A stretch of 64,000 nucleotides of DNA from Verrucomicrobiota bacterium (GTDB taxonomy: Bacteria; Verrucomicrobiota; Verrucomicrobiia; Limisphaerales; UBA11358), in assembly GCA_049523555.1 (NCBI GenBank), contig JBEKMU010000001.1:226-64225 (forward strand). Direction: 5' to 3'. The notes below the pieces were generated by a model. The model had not been told where the DNA came from and did not search any database. It saw nothing but the letters and a program-made list of their open reading frames with translations. Positions 26,877 to 39,244 of this stretch are shown here, in pieces; within the stretch, counting starts at the first letter, position 1, and the number at the start of each line of letters is the position of its first letter. Position numbers and translations under genes: made by a program.

Positions 26877-28994
26877 ATGGAATCCGAACGCAAAACTCTG
26901 GATGACCGCGCGAAAATGTCCGAGCTGGAGCGCATCCGGCACTCGTGCGCCCACGTCATGGCCACGGCCATTGCCAAACTCTGGCCGGACGCCCAGTTCG
27001 CCTCCGGCCCGGCGGTCGAAAACGGATTTTACTACGACGTCGAACTCGCCCACCGTATCTCGCCCGAAGATTTCCCGAAAATCGAGGAGGAGATGAAAAA
27101 GGAAATCAAGGCGAACCACACTTTTGAGAAAATCGTCGTCTCGCGCGAACAGGCGTTGGCGGATGCTCACCGGGGACGCCTTGGCGCATTGGCCGACCGC
27201 CAAGTCCCGAGCAAATTCAAGATTGGGAACCTTGCCGACATTCCCGAAGGTGAGCCAATCACCTACTACAAAAGCGGCGACTTCATTGATCTTTGCGCCG
27301 GGCCGCACGTGCTGCGCACCGGCAACATCGGCGCGTGCAAGCTCACGACCGTGGCCAGCACCTATTACAAGGGCGACGAGCGCAATCCGCAGCTCCAGCG
27401 CATCTACGGCACCGCGTTCAAGAACAAGACCCAGCTCGACGAGTATTTCAAAATGGTCGAAGAGGCCAAGCGCCGCGACCATCGCAAGATCGGGCAGGAA
27501 ATGGGCCTGTTCGCGATTGACACTGAATACGTCGGTCCCGGTCTGCCGCTCTGGTTGCCCAAAGGAACAGCGATTGTGGAGGAACTGGAAAAGCTAGCAA
27601 AGGAAACCGAATTTGCCGTCGGCTACGTGCGCGTAAAGACACCGCATATCGCTAAGGAGAAAATGTACCTTACCAGTGGGCACCTGCCGATTCTCTACAA
27701 GGAATCGATGTTCCCGCCGATGACACTTCGACAGCAATTTAGTGAAGCCCGTGAAGAAGATCGGATAAGAATCCAAGGCAAGATTCGGCTCTTGGAACAC
27801 AAAATTCAAGAACACTGCTTCGACGACCCGAAAGTGACTCAAATTCGACAGATGCGCGGTGAAGAACGTGGTTCAAGCGAAAATCAGTTTGCGGTCGTCG
27901 AGGAGTTGCTAACAAGCTGGAGAAAAAATCCTTCCGCAGTTCCGGATGCAAAAATGAGAATATTAGCGGAAGAATTGCACCAACTTGATGGGCAACTCAA
28001 AGAACTTCGTAAGAAGCTTGAGGAACATTATTACCTCAAAGCCATGAACTGCCCGCATCATCACCGCATTTTTGCGGCTGAGCCGCGCAGTTACCGCGAT
28101 CTCCCGTTGCGTCTGGCTGAATACGGCACCAACTATCGTTACGAGCAGTCGGGCGAGTTGTTCGGCCTGATGCGTGTCCGCTCGCTGAACATGAATGACG
28201 CGCATATTTATTGCACGCCGGAGCAATTCGCCGCCGAATTCAATGCGGTGAACGATTTGTACCTGAAATACTTTAAGATATTTGCTATCGACAAATACGT
28301 GATGCGCTTCAGCACGCACGATCCGTCCCGTCTCACCGGCGACAACGCCAAATTCGTCAACGAACCGGAGCTGTGGAAGCAGACCGAAGACATGGTCCGC
28401 AAGACACTCATTGATTCGAAGATCCCGTACGTGGAAGTGCCGAACGAAGCGGCGTTTTACGGCCCGAAGATTGACGTGCAGGTCTGGAGCGTCATTGGCC
28501 GCGAATTCACGCTGGCGACCAACCAGGTGGATTTCGCCGTGCCTAAGCGCTTCGGCTTGGTCTATCGCGACAGGGACAACACGGACAAGACGCCGTTGTG
28601 CATCCATCGCGCGCCGCTCGGCACGCACGAGCGGTTCATCGGCTTTCTCATCGAGCATTACGCCGGCAATTTCCCGCTCTGGCTCGCGCCCGAACAGGTC
28701 CGCGTGCTCACCATCGGCGAGGAGGAACCGCTCGTGGATTACGCGAAGAAAATCACGGCTGAGTTGCGGGCGAACATGGTCCGCGCCGAGGGCGATTACG
28801 GCACCGACAAGATCAACGGCAAAATCCAGCGCGCGGAAGAGGCGAAAGTGCACACGATGCTCGTCATCGGCCCGCGCGACCTGCAAGCCGGGAACGTGAG
28901 CGTTCGTCTGCACGGCAAAGGCAACCTCGGCGCGAAACCGAAGGCAGAGGTGATTGCCCGAATTTTGACGGCGATTCAGGAACGACAGACGTGA
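26877..28994 (+). CDS. thrS: Threonine--tRNA ligase; lacks the N-terminal TGS domain and carries an insertion of about 100 aa in the catalytic core
   Basis: Editing/SAD motifs (RHSCAHVMA, GDFIDLCAGPHV). Class II core ([64 protein letters not shown]). Anticodon-binding tail. Confidence 0.9.
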   Translation: MESERKTLDDRAKMSELERIRHSCAHVMATAIAKLWPDAQFASGPAVENGFYYDVELAHRISPEDFPKIEEEMKKEIKANHTFEKIVVSREQALADAHRGRLGALADRQVPSKFKIGNLADIPEGEPITYYKSGDFIDLCAGPHVLRTGNIGACKLTTVASTYYKGDERNPQLQRIYGTAFKNKTQLDEYFKMVEEAKRRDHRKIGQEMGLFAIDTEYVGPGLPLWLPKGTAIVEELEKLAKETEFAVGYVRVKTPHIAKEKMYLTSGHLPILYKESMFPPMTLRQQFSEAREEDRIRIQGKIRLLEHKIQEHCFDDPKVTQIRQMRGEERGSSENQFAVVEELLTSWRKNPSAVPDAKMRILAEELHQLDGQLKELRKKLEEHYYLKAMNCPHHHRIFAAEPRSYRDLPLRLAEYGTNYRYEQSGELFGLMRVRSLNMNDAHIYCTPEQFAAEFNAVNDLYLKYFKIFAIDKYVMRFSTHDPSRLTGDNAKFVNEPELWKQTEDMVRKTLIDSKIPYVEVPNEAAFYGPKIDVQVWSVIGREFTLATNQVDFAVPKRFGLVYRDRDNTDKTPLCIHRAPLGTHERFIGFLIEHYAGNFPLWLAPEQVRVLTIGEEEPLVDYAKKITAELRANMVRAEGDYGTDKINGKIQRAEEAKVHTMLVIGPRDLQAGNVSVRLHGKGNLGAKPKAEVIARILTAIQERQT

Positions 28995-29066
28995 AGACAA
29001 AGCAGGCATCTTGTGCACCTCACCTGCTGGTGGCCCTCTGCCAGGAGTCAGACGTCCCGCCCGAGG

Positions 29067-31004
29067 CTACTTTTTCAAACGAAAGAAATTGGCCCCGCCG
29101 GAAATCGGGTTCGTAACCGTGAATTGAAGATTCACAACCACCGGGATATTCGTCAGCGTGATCCAGGAATTCGGGTTGGCGAGATTGGTGGTGGTTTGCA
29201 GACTGAAATTCTGCGCCGAGGGCGGCCATGAAAGGGTGATGTTGGTTCCCGAAAGGTTCACCTGCAAAGTGGGGGCCTGCGAAACAGGCGAGACAACCAG
29301 TGCCATACTATGATACCCGCCCGCGGCGATGGCCAAGACGATGCTTAAACCGCCCGGCACCGTGCTTTGGCCAGCAGAATTGTCTCCCCAAGCCACGACG
29401 GTCCCGTCGGACTTGAGCGCCAAACTGTGTGCCCATCCCCCACCGATGGCCAGGACGTTGCTTAAACCGCCCGGCACCGTGCTTTGGCCAGCAGAGTTGT
29501 CTCCCCAGGCCACGACGGTTCCATCGGACTTGAGCGCCAGACTGTGTGCCCATCCCGCGGCGATGGCCACGACGTTGTTCAGACCGCCCGGCACCAAGCA
29601 TTGGCCATAATAGTCGTCTCCCCAGGCTACGACGGTCTCGTCGGACTTGAGCGCCAGACTATGTGTCCATCCCGCGGCGATGGCCACGGCGTTGCTTAAA
29701 CCGATCGGCACCGTGCATTGGCCAGAATAGTTGTATCCCCAAGCTACGACGGTCCCGTCGGACTGGAGCGCCAGACTGTGATACCCTCCCGCGGCGATGG
29801 CCACGACTTTGCTCAAACCGCCCGGCACCGTGCATTGGCCAGAGGAGTTGTCTCCCCAAGCCACGACGGTCCCGTCGGACTGGAGCGCCAAACTGTGATA
29901 CCCTCCTGCGGCGATGGCCACGACGTTGCTTAAACCAATCGGCACCGTGCTTTGGCCATAATTGTTGTTTCCCCATCCCCAAGCCACGACGGTTCTATCG
30001 GACTTGAGCGCCAGACTGTGATACGCTCCCGCGGCCATGGCCACGACGTTGCTTAAACCAATCGGCACCGTGATTTGGCCATAATTGTTGTCTCCCCAAG
30101 CCATGACGGTTCCATCGGACTGGAGTGCCAAACTGTGATACGCTCCCGCGGCCATGGCCACGACGTTGCTCAGACCGCCCGGCACCGTGCATTGGCCAGC
30201 AGAGTTGTCTCCCCAGGCCACGATGGTCCCGTCGGACTGTAGCGCCAGACTGTGATAATCGCCCGCGGCGATGGTCTCGACGTTGCTCAAACCACTCGGC
30301 ACCGTGCTTTGACCAGCAGAGTTGTCTCCCCAGGCCGCGACGGTCCCGTCGGAATTGAGTGCCAAACTGTGATTCCCTCCCGCGGCGATGGCCACGACGT
30401 CGCTTAAACCACCCGGCACCGTGCTTTGGCCGGCAGAGTTGTTTCCCCAAGCTACGACGGTTCCATCGGACTTGAGCGCCAGACTGTGATAATCGCCCGC
30501 GGCGATGGTCTCGACGTTGCTCAAACCACCCGGCACCGTGCTTTGGCCAGCAGAGTTGTTTCCCCAAGCCACGACGGTTCCATCGGACTTGAGCGCCAGA
30601 CTGTGATACCCTCCCGCGGCGATGGCCACGACGTTGCTCAAACCGCCCGGCACCGTGCTTTGGCCATAATTGTTGTCTCCCCAAGCCACGACGGTTCCGT
30701 CGGACTTGAGCGCCAAACTGTGATACTCTCCCGCGGCGATGGCCACGACGTTGCTTAAACCGCCTGGCACCATACTTTGGCCTTCATAATTACGTCCCCA
30801 CGCCACGACGGTCCCGCCGGGCTTGAGCGCCAAACTGTGATACCCTCCCGCGGCGATGGCCTTAAAGCGGGTGCCGGGCTGAACCACGGGCATCGCTTGG
30901 TCTCCCCACGAAGCAACACTCCCGGTTTGCGTCGCCTTGGCTGGATGTGACACAAGGAATGCCGCTCCGCACGCCATTACAAGATTGAACATCTTCCGCT
31001 TCAT
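29067..31004 (-). CDS. Secreted RCC1/BLIP-II repeat protein with a C-terminal beta-sandwich-like tail
   Basis: ATG at 31004 (MKRKMFNLVMACGAAFLVSHPAKA) is preferred. About a dozen or more tandem repeats of the pattern ..VVAIAAGGYHSLALKSDGTVVAWGDNSAGQSTVPGGLSN.., typical of RCC1 blades. Confidence 0.8.
   Translation of the reverse strand: MKRKMFNLVMACGAAFLVSHPAKATQTGSVASWGDQAMPVVQPGTRFKAIAAGGYHSLALKPGGTVVAWGRNYEGQSMVPGGLSNVVAIAAGEYHSLALKSDGTVVAWGDNNYGQSTVPGGLSNVVAIAAGGYHSLALKSDGTVVAWGNNSAGQSTVPGGLSNVETIAAGDYHSLALKSDGTVVAWGNNSAGQSTVPGGLSDVVAIAAGGNHSLALNSDGTVAAWGDNSAGQSTVPSGLSNVETIAAGDYHSLALQSDGTIVAWGDNSAGQCTVPGGLSNVVAMAAGAYHSLALQSDGTVMAWGDNNYGQITVPIGLSNVVAMAAGAYHSLALKSDRTVVAWGWGNNNYGQSTVPIGLSNVVAIAAGGYHSLALQSDGTVVAWGDNSSGQCTVPGGLSKVVAIAAGGYHSLALQSDGTVVAWGYNYSGQCTVPIGLSNAVAIAAGWTHSLALKSDETVVAWGDDYYGQCLVPGGLNNVVAIAAGWAHSLALKSDGTVVAWGDNSAGQSTVPGGLSNVLAIGGGWAHSLALKSDGTVVAWGDNSAGQSTVPGGLSIVLAIAAGGYHSMALVVSPVSQAPTLQVNLSGTNITLSWPPSAQNFSLQTTTNLANPNSWITLTNIPVVVNLQFTVTNPISGGANFFRLKK
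29290..30880. repeat. Tandem array of highly similar repeat units of about 150 nt, encoding the RCC1 blades
   Basis: The same nucleotide strings (e.g. ccgcccggcaccgtgctttggccagcaga, gtcccgtcggacttgagcgccaaactgtg) recur with regular spacing along the gene. Confidence 0.8.
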
Positions 31005-31342
31005 GGTCTTCGGCTTCCCGGCTAATTTACGCGTCCCGGGCTGAAGTGATCCGATTCTATCAAAAGCCAGCCGGTCGTGCAAGGGATGTTTGCTTTATTC
31101 CAAGGTGCAGAGGCGGCCTTCGTTTCCGGAGGCAGCTTGGGGGTATTCAAATTTTCGTTTTACGTCGGTAGCGGCGTTGGTGTTGGTGCTTTCGCTTTGG
31201 CTTTTGCGCCGCCGGAGTCTAAGACAGTACGGAAATTGTTTGGCAGATGCGGCAAGTTGAAGTTTCCGTATGGCGGGTTGATTGGCAGGCTTGCCAGCGA
31301 TTGAGCCTGTTGGGCCGGATTGGACGGGATTGTTTTCATTCA

Positions 31343-31922
31343 GCCATGAACTGCCCGCATCATCACCGCATTTTTGCGGCCGAGCCGCGCAGTTATCGCA
31401 ACTTGCCGTTGCGGCTGGCGGAATACGGCACCAACTATCGCTACGAGCAGGCCGGCGGGTTGTTCGGTCCTCATGCGCGTGCGGTCGCTCAACATGAACG
31501 ACGCGCACATCTATTGCACGCCGGAGCAGTTCGCGCAGGAGTTCAACGCGGCGAACGAGCGGTTCATCGGCTTTTTAATCGAGCATTACGCCGGCAATTT
31601 CCCGCTCTGGCTCGCGCCCGAGCAGGTGCGCGTCCTCACCATCGGCGAGGAGGAGCCGCTCGTGGATTACGCGAAGAAAATCGTGGCCGAGTTGCGCGCG
31701 AACATGGTTCGCGCCGAAGCCGACTACGGCACCGACAAAATCAACGGCAAAATCCAGCGCGCGGAAGAGGCGAAAGTACACACCATGCTCGTCATCAGCC
31801 CGCGCGACTTGCAGGCCGGGAACGTGAGCGTTCGTCTGCACGGCAAAGGCAACCTCGGCGCGAAGCCGAAGGTAGAATTCATTGCTGACATTTTGCGGGC
31901 GATTAAAGAGCGGCGGGCGTAA
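31343..31922 (+). pseudogene. thrS: Truncated, frameshifted duplicate of the thrS 3' part, corresponding to thrS from nt 28041 to the stop
   Basis: [37 protein letters not shown] is in one frame. A 1-nt indel then shifts the frame to [21 protein letters not shown]... About 0.38 kb is missing (joins ...FNAANE to [17 protein letters not shown]...). It ends ...[26 protein letters not shown]. Confidence 0.85.
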
Positions 31923-31931
31923 GTTGTGGAG

Positions 31932-31987
31932 CGCGGAGCATCTCCGCGTATATGAAAGGCCAGGAACTCGCGGAGCAATACTCCGCG
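31932..31987 (+). repeat. Two hairpins with the same 7-bp stem CGCGGAG/CTCCGCG directly after the thrS pseudogene stop
   Basis: cgcggag-cat-ctccgcg (31932-31948) and cgcggag-caata-ctccgcg (31969-31987). No U-tract, so a terminator function is uncertain. Confidence 0.4.
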
Positions 31988-32082
31988 CCTCCCGTCCGCC
32001 TCCTTGACAAAGGCAACGTTGACGCGACCCTGAAGGCGGGAGTAATTCCAGAAATCGTTTCGGTGGTCCGGCATAGAAGTGT

Positions 32083-32646
32083 GTGAACGTATTCTTTCAA
32101 AAAATTCCCGGCTTTTTCACCGGCTGGTTCGGTGATGGTCCGTGGCGTTCCAAATCCGTTCTCGCCGCGTTTGCCGTGGTCTTGGTCGGCCTGGGGTTTT
32201 GGTGTTCTGACATCAAAAACGGTCCGCCGCAAAAAGAAATGGACAACGCGGCGGCCAACGCATCAGGCATCACGCCGCCCAACGCCGCAGGCGCCGTGGC
32301 CAGCTCGCACTGGAATTGGGGCAAACCATTCCCCGGTTACGTGCGGATGGGCGCGAGTTATGTGGCAGGATTTTGCATCGGCTGGTTTTTCCGAAAGGTG
32401 ACGCGGTTGGTCTGGGTTGTTGCCGCACTGCTCATCGCGTTGCTCGCGTTTGGGAAATACGTTGGCTGCGACACGACACACACGCAGGAGCAAGTGAAAC
32501 GCAGCGGCGAGTGGGTGCAGCACGAGGCGATGGCAACAAAGGATTATCTCAAGCATGTGCTGCCGTCGGCTACGGCGGGTGGTGTCGGAACTTTTCTGGG
32601 CTTCCGACGCCGAAGCAAAGTGGGCGCGTCAAAAGCGGTAGCTTGA
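32083..32646 (+). CDS. Small membrane protein (possibly FUN14-like)
   Basis: 187 aa with several hydrophobic segments. GASYVAGFCIGWFFRKVTRLVWVVAALLIALLAFGKYVG resembles the FUN14 pattern. Weak call. Confidence 0.4.
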   Translation: MNVFFQKIPGFFTGWFGDGPWRSKSVLAAFAVVLVGLGFWCSDIKNGPPQKEMDNAAANASGITPPNAAGAVASSHWNWGKPFPGYVRMGASYVAGFCIGWFFRKVTRLVWVVAALLIALLAFGKYVGCDTTHTQEQVKRSGEWVQHEAMATKDYLKHVLPSATAGGVGTFLGFRRRSKVGASKAVA

Positions 32647-32662
32647 GAGTGCTTTCCTAAGA

Positions 32663-32746
32663 GGCGAACAAGGCTGTGCCGGTGCGAAGCCGAGGGCGGA
32701 AGTCATCGCGGACATTTTGCTGGCAATCAGGGAGGGGCGAGCTTAA
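32663..32746 (+). pseudogene. Short remnant of the thrS 3' end (third copy)
   Basis: Translates as ...GAKPRAEVIADILLAIREGRA*, versus thrS ...GAKPKAEVIARILTAIQERQT*. Same orientation, with the stop in the equivalent position. Begins 17 nt after the stop of the 32083-32646 gene. Confidence 0.7.
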
Positions 32747-32838
32747 ATATGCAGGCCATGAGTTGACGTGTTAAAAGGCGCAGCACGGAGAATTGAGGTG
32801 CTGTGTTTGACTGACAAACAATCGCAGGGAAAACCGAC

Positions 32839-33684
32839 ATGGAAATTAAAAAAACCGTCATTACCGCTGCCGGACAAAACCAGCGCACGCTGCCGTTGCA
32901 AACCCTCGTGGATGGCAATGGCCAGACCAAATCCGCCCTGGCCATCATTGTCGAAGAATCCCTTCAGGCCGGCATCGAGGAGATTTGTGTCATCATCAGC
33001 CCCGGTGACCAGGATGCCTACCGGGCCGCCGCCGGGCCGCATGGCCGGCTGTTGAAATTCGTCGAGCAAACCCGGCCGCTCGGCTATGGTCACGCCGTCT
33101 GGTGCGCGCGGGAGTTCACCGGTTCATCACCGTTCCTGCTGCTGGTGGGAGATCACCTCTACCTCAGCCGGAACGCGAAGCGCTGCGCACAGCAACTGGT
33201 CGAAACGGCCGCCGCCGAAGCCTGCACCGTCTCCGCCGTGCAGGCCACGCACGAAAGCAAGCTGCCTTACTACGGCGCAGTGGGGGGCCGGCTGGCCGGA
33301 GCGCGCAAGGGGATTTATATCGTGTCGGACGTGATGGAAAAACCCACGCCCACCGAGGCCGAGCAGAAGCTCATCGTGCCCGGCTTGCGCGTCGGCTACT
33401 ACCTCTGTTTCTTTGGCATGCACGTCCTGACGCCACGGGTGATGGCGTTGCTTGAAGAGGACGTGGCCGCAGCCGGCAAAAATGGGCGGGTGCATTTGAG
33501 CGCGGCGTTGTCGCGGCTCGCGGAGCACGAACGGTATCTGGCGTGTGAACTGGAAGGCCGCCGTTTCGACATAGGTGTGCAATACGGCTTGTTGACCGCG
33601 CAACTCGCGCTGGCGCTCAACGGCAAGGACCGCGACGAAGTTCTTTCCGGCCTCGTCGAGTTGCTGGCGCTGGGCGGCAAGTGA
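32839..33684 (+). CDS. Sugar-1-phosphate nucleotidyltransferase (GalU/UTP-glucose-1-phosphate uridylyltransferase-like)
   Basis: [18 protein letters not shown] at the position of the G-x-G-T-R-x-LP-x-TK motif. Also [22 protein letters not shown] and LLLVGDHLY. Confidence 0.65.
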   Translation: MEIKKTVITAAGQNQRTLPLQTLVDGNGQTKSALAIIVEESLQAGIEEICVIISPGDQDAYRAAAGPHGRLLKFVEQTRPLGYGHAVWCAREFTGSSPFLLLVGDHLYLSRNAKRCAQQLVETAAAEACTVSAVQATHESKLPYYGAVGGRLAGARKGIYIVSDVMEKPTPTEAEQKLIVPGLRVGYYLCFFGMHVLTPRVMALLEEDVAAAGKNGRVHLSAALSRLAEHERYLACELEGRRFDIGVQYGLLTAQLALALNGKDRDEVLSGLVELLALGGK

Positions 33685-33725
33685 TTATTCATCGCTCCTA
33701 AACCCAATCATTTTCGTTTTTTTCC

Positions 33726-37045
<3,320 letters not shown>

Positions 37046-37061
<16 letters not shown>

Positions 37062-37115
37062 AACCGAAGGCGGAAGTCATCCCGGATATTTTGGATGTGA
37101 TCAACGAGCGGCGTT
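37046..37115 (+). pseudogene. Short remnant of the thrS 3' end (fourth copy; stop lost)
   Basis: Translates as GNLGVKPKAEVIPDILDVINERRS, versus thr[25 protein letters not shown]. Confidence 0.7.
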
Positions 37116-37179
37116 CTTGGCGCCGACGATCCGGCTGTCAATCCTAGCAGCCAGCAAAACGTACATGAAATATAGCCAG

Positions 37180-38067
37180 TTAGCCTGGCCCCGGTGATGA
37201 AATTGTTGTGGGTGGAGGGAGCGTGTAAACCGGCGCAGTTCCGGGAAAGAAAGAATCAAGATTCGTGAACACCAATGGCTTTCGCAGGATATATTTTGGA
37301 TCTTCAACACGCAGTTGCAGCAATGTCTTCGTCGGTGTAAAAACTCTTACTGAAGCCACACCGCTATGTATCACTGAAGCCACATCATTGCTCATCTCAT
37401 AACCTCTGCGCTTCCAAGAGACAAAATAGATCGGCACGAATTTCCCGCGAGGCGAATGAACGTAGCTGTCGTCAGGCTTAACAGTAACCTGACTATCCCG
37501 ATTGATTGCCTTCACATCCATCGAAACGGCCGCCAGCCATTGAGTTGCCAATTGGTAAGCTTGGTTGGTATTCATGCGGCTGACCGGCCATGTGTATGAA
37601 TCCTGATACCTATAACAGTCTTCCGTCTGGTGCGTCCCTTCCAGATAGGAAAACCTGTTGCCTTGGGAAACATAATAACAATACTTTTTCGTGGTAATGC
37701 TTCCGATGCTCTTGTTAACGTAGTTGTATCCAAACGGGGTGACCACTGCTTCGACTAAATTCGATTCTGTGATCGGCAACTCGCCCGGTAATTGTAGTTC
37801 TTTTGCTACCCGATTGGCCTCCTGCAAAACCAGCTTAAAAGCCGCTTCCTGATATTGCCTGGTTGTGAAACTGTGGTCCAACCATACAACATTTCCATTG
37901 GTATCAACCATTCTTGGCACGCCGGCTGGAAGTTCTCGTCCCTTCGGATCATCCGGAAAAAGAGGCTTCGGGCCACCGGACGAAGGTTCTTGCGCCGCCG
38001 CATCAAATAAAACGACTAGAGCGCAGATAATGAGCAATGATTTAGCAAATGAATTGTTGGCTTTCAT
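37180..38067 (-). CDS. Hypothetical secreted protein in a visibly AT-richer segment
   Basis: N-terminal hydrophobic signal (SLLIICALVVLFDAAAQ). No recognisable motif. Composition differs from the neighbouring genes. Confidence 0.5.
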   Translation of the reverse strand: MKANNSFAKSLLIICALVVLFDAAAQEPSSGGPKPLFPDDPKGRELPAGVPRMVDTNGNVVWLDHSFTTRQYQEAAFKLVLQEANRVAKELQLPGELPITESNLVEAVVTPFGYNYVNKSIGSITTKKYCYYVSQGNRFSYLEGTHQTEDCYRYQDSYTWPVSRMNTNQAYQLATQWLAAVSMDVKAINRDSQVTVKPDDSYVHSPRGKFVPIYFVSWKRRGYEMSNDVASVIHSGVASVRVFTPTKTLLQLRVEDPKYILRKPLVFTNLDSFFPGTAPVYTLPPPTTISSPGPG

Positions 38068-38143
38068 AAAAATATGCACTGCTCGGTGTTAGTAGAAGCG
38101 ACATAGCGATTATCTTGGTTAGCGGTGCAATCTCAACATCCGG

Positions 38144-38908
38144 TCAGTGGAACAGCAATTTCGTTTCTTTTCCGTTAATGGTCAGCACTACCCAGCCATC
38201 ACCCAGTTCCTTGAAACGTACGGAAACCAAGCCGTCGGACGTTTGCGTCAAGGCCGATTCGCCGAGCGAAATAGTATAGGTCCGCTTTCCGGTTTGAATG
38301 GTCACCGCCGATTTGGAGGCGTTTTGGGAAACGCCTTTGACGGAAAAAAGGTTGGTCGCCGCTTCGACTGGTTTTGCCGGGCCCTTTTGCACTGCTGAAT
38401 TGGTGGACGCGCTGGGAGCCGGCGGCTGCGTGTTTTGAACCGGCTGATTTGTTTTGATGGCAGTTTGAGAAACTTTGTTTGTTGCCTGCAGTTGCGGCTG
38501 CGGCGGTTGCTGCGTGACGGTTTCAAATTCTTCGGGCGCTCCGGCAGATGGCCGCAAATCGCCCATGAGCGCCCCGATGAGCCAGAGGTTCATGCCAAAC
38601 CTGAGCGCACCGCCCACGCAGATGGTGAAAATTACGTCCACCTGGTCCGCCTGGGTGACTTTGCGGATGCACACAAACAACACGACAACAAAGACCGGAG
38701 CAGAAATGTAAACAGAAAAAGGCCCGAACCAGCGTCCCAGGATCAGGTTCAGGATGGTGTCCAGACCGCACGCGAGGGCGGCTGAGCCCAGCAGCCCGGG
38801 GAAATTGTAATCGAGCTTTTGGAGCTTGATCATGATCCAGAGCGCCACGGTCAGAAAGACCGTTTGCACGCCAAACTCGATAAAAAAAAACAGGATGTTG
38901 AGAAGCAT
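38144..38908 (-). CDS. Hypothetical membrane protein (4 TM N-domain, Pro/Gln-rich linker, small beta-rich C-domain)
   Basis: Hydrophobic N-terminal half (MLLNILFFFIEFGVQTVFLTVALWIMI...), a low-complexity linker, and a C-terminal segment ...VTIQTGKRTYTISLGESALTQTSDGLVSVRFKELGDGWVVLTINGKETKLLF. Confidence 0.5.
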   Translation of the reverse strand: MLLNILFFFIEFGVQTVFLTVALWIMIKLQKLDYNFPGLLGSAALACGLDTILNLILGRWFGPFSVYISAPVFVVVLFVCIRKVTQADQVDVIFTICVGGALRFGMNLWLIGALMGDLRPSAGAPEEFETVTQQPPQPQLQATNKVSQTAIKTNQPVQNTQPPAPSASTNSAVQKGPAKPVEAATNLFSVKGVSQNASKSAVTIQTGKRTYTISLGESALTQTSDGLVSVRFKELGDGWVVLTINGKETKLLFH

Positions 38909-39244
38909 TCGGCTGATTCATATTGGAGCGCGTCCGAGAGGTCAATGCTGTTTGCATGGCAGGGCGACCCCGGCAAAAAAGGGATTGTGTTTCCGGTCCG
39001 GAGCGGTAAAATTAGGCGAAGTTTTACTTTGTAGTCGTTTTCTTTAAGATTGCCGAGGGGCGGGTTTTGGGTTTCATTTTGCCCGTTTCCGTTGTAGAAA
39101 CCGTCGGACGCGATTGAACCTGTTTTCGAACATGAGCCGGCTGGCCCGGGGCGGAGTTGGTCAGCGCACCCTCCCCGAAGGTTGCCACGTCGCCACAACC
39201 AACCTTCGACCCGTCAACCGCCGAATTGAGAAAGGCCGACCGCT

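Noticed and set aside
27720-28040. ThrRS insertion as a possible intein
   Set aside because: There is no Cys/Ser/Thr at the N-terminal junction, no His-Asn plus nucleophile at the C-terminal junction, and no endonuclease motifs. The sequence looks like a charged coiled coil.
29290-30880. Regularly spaced repeats that could be mistaken for a CRISPR array
   Set aside because: The units are about 150 nt, contiguous without unique spacers, and translate in frame into RCC1 blades. No cas genes are nearby.
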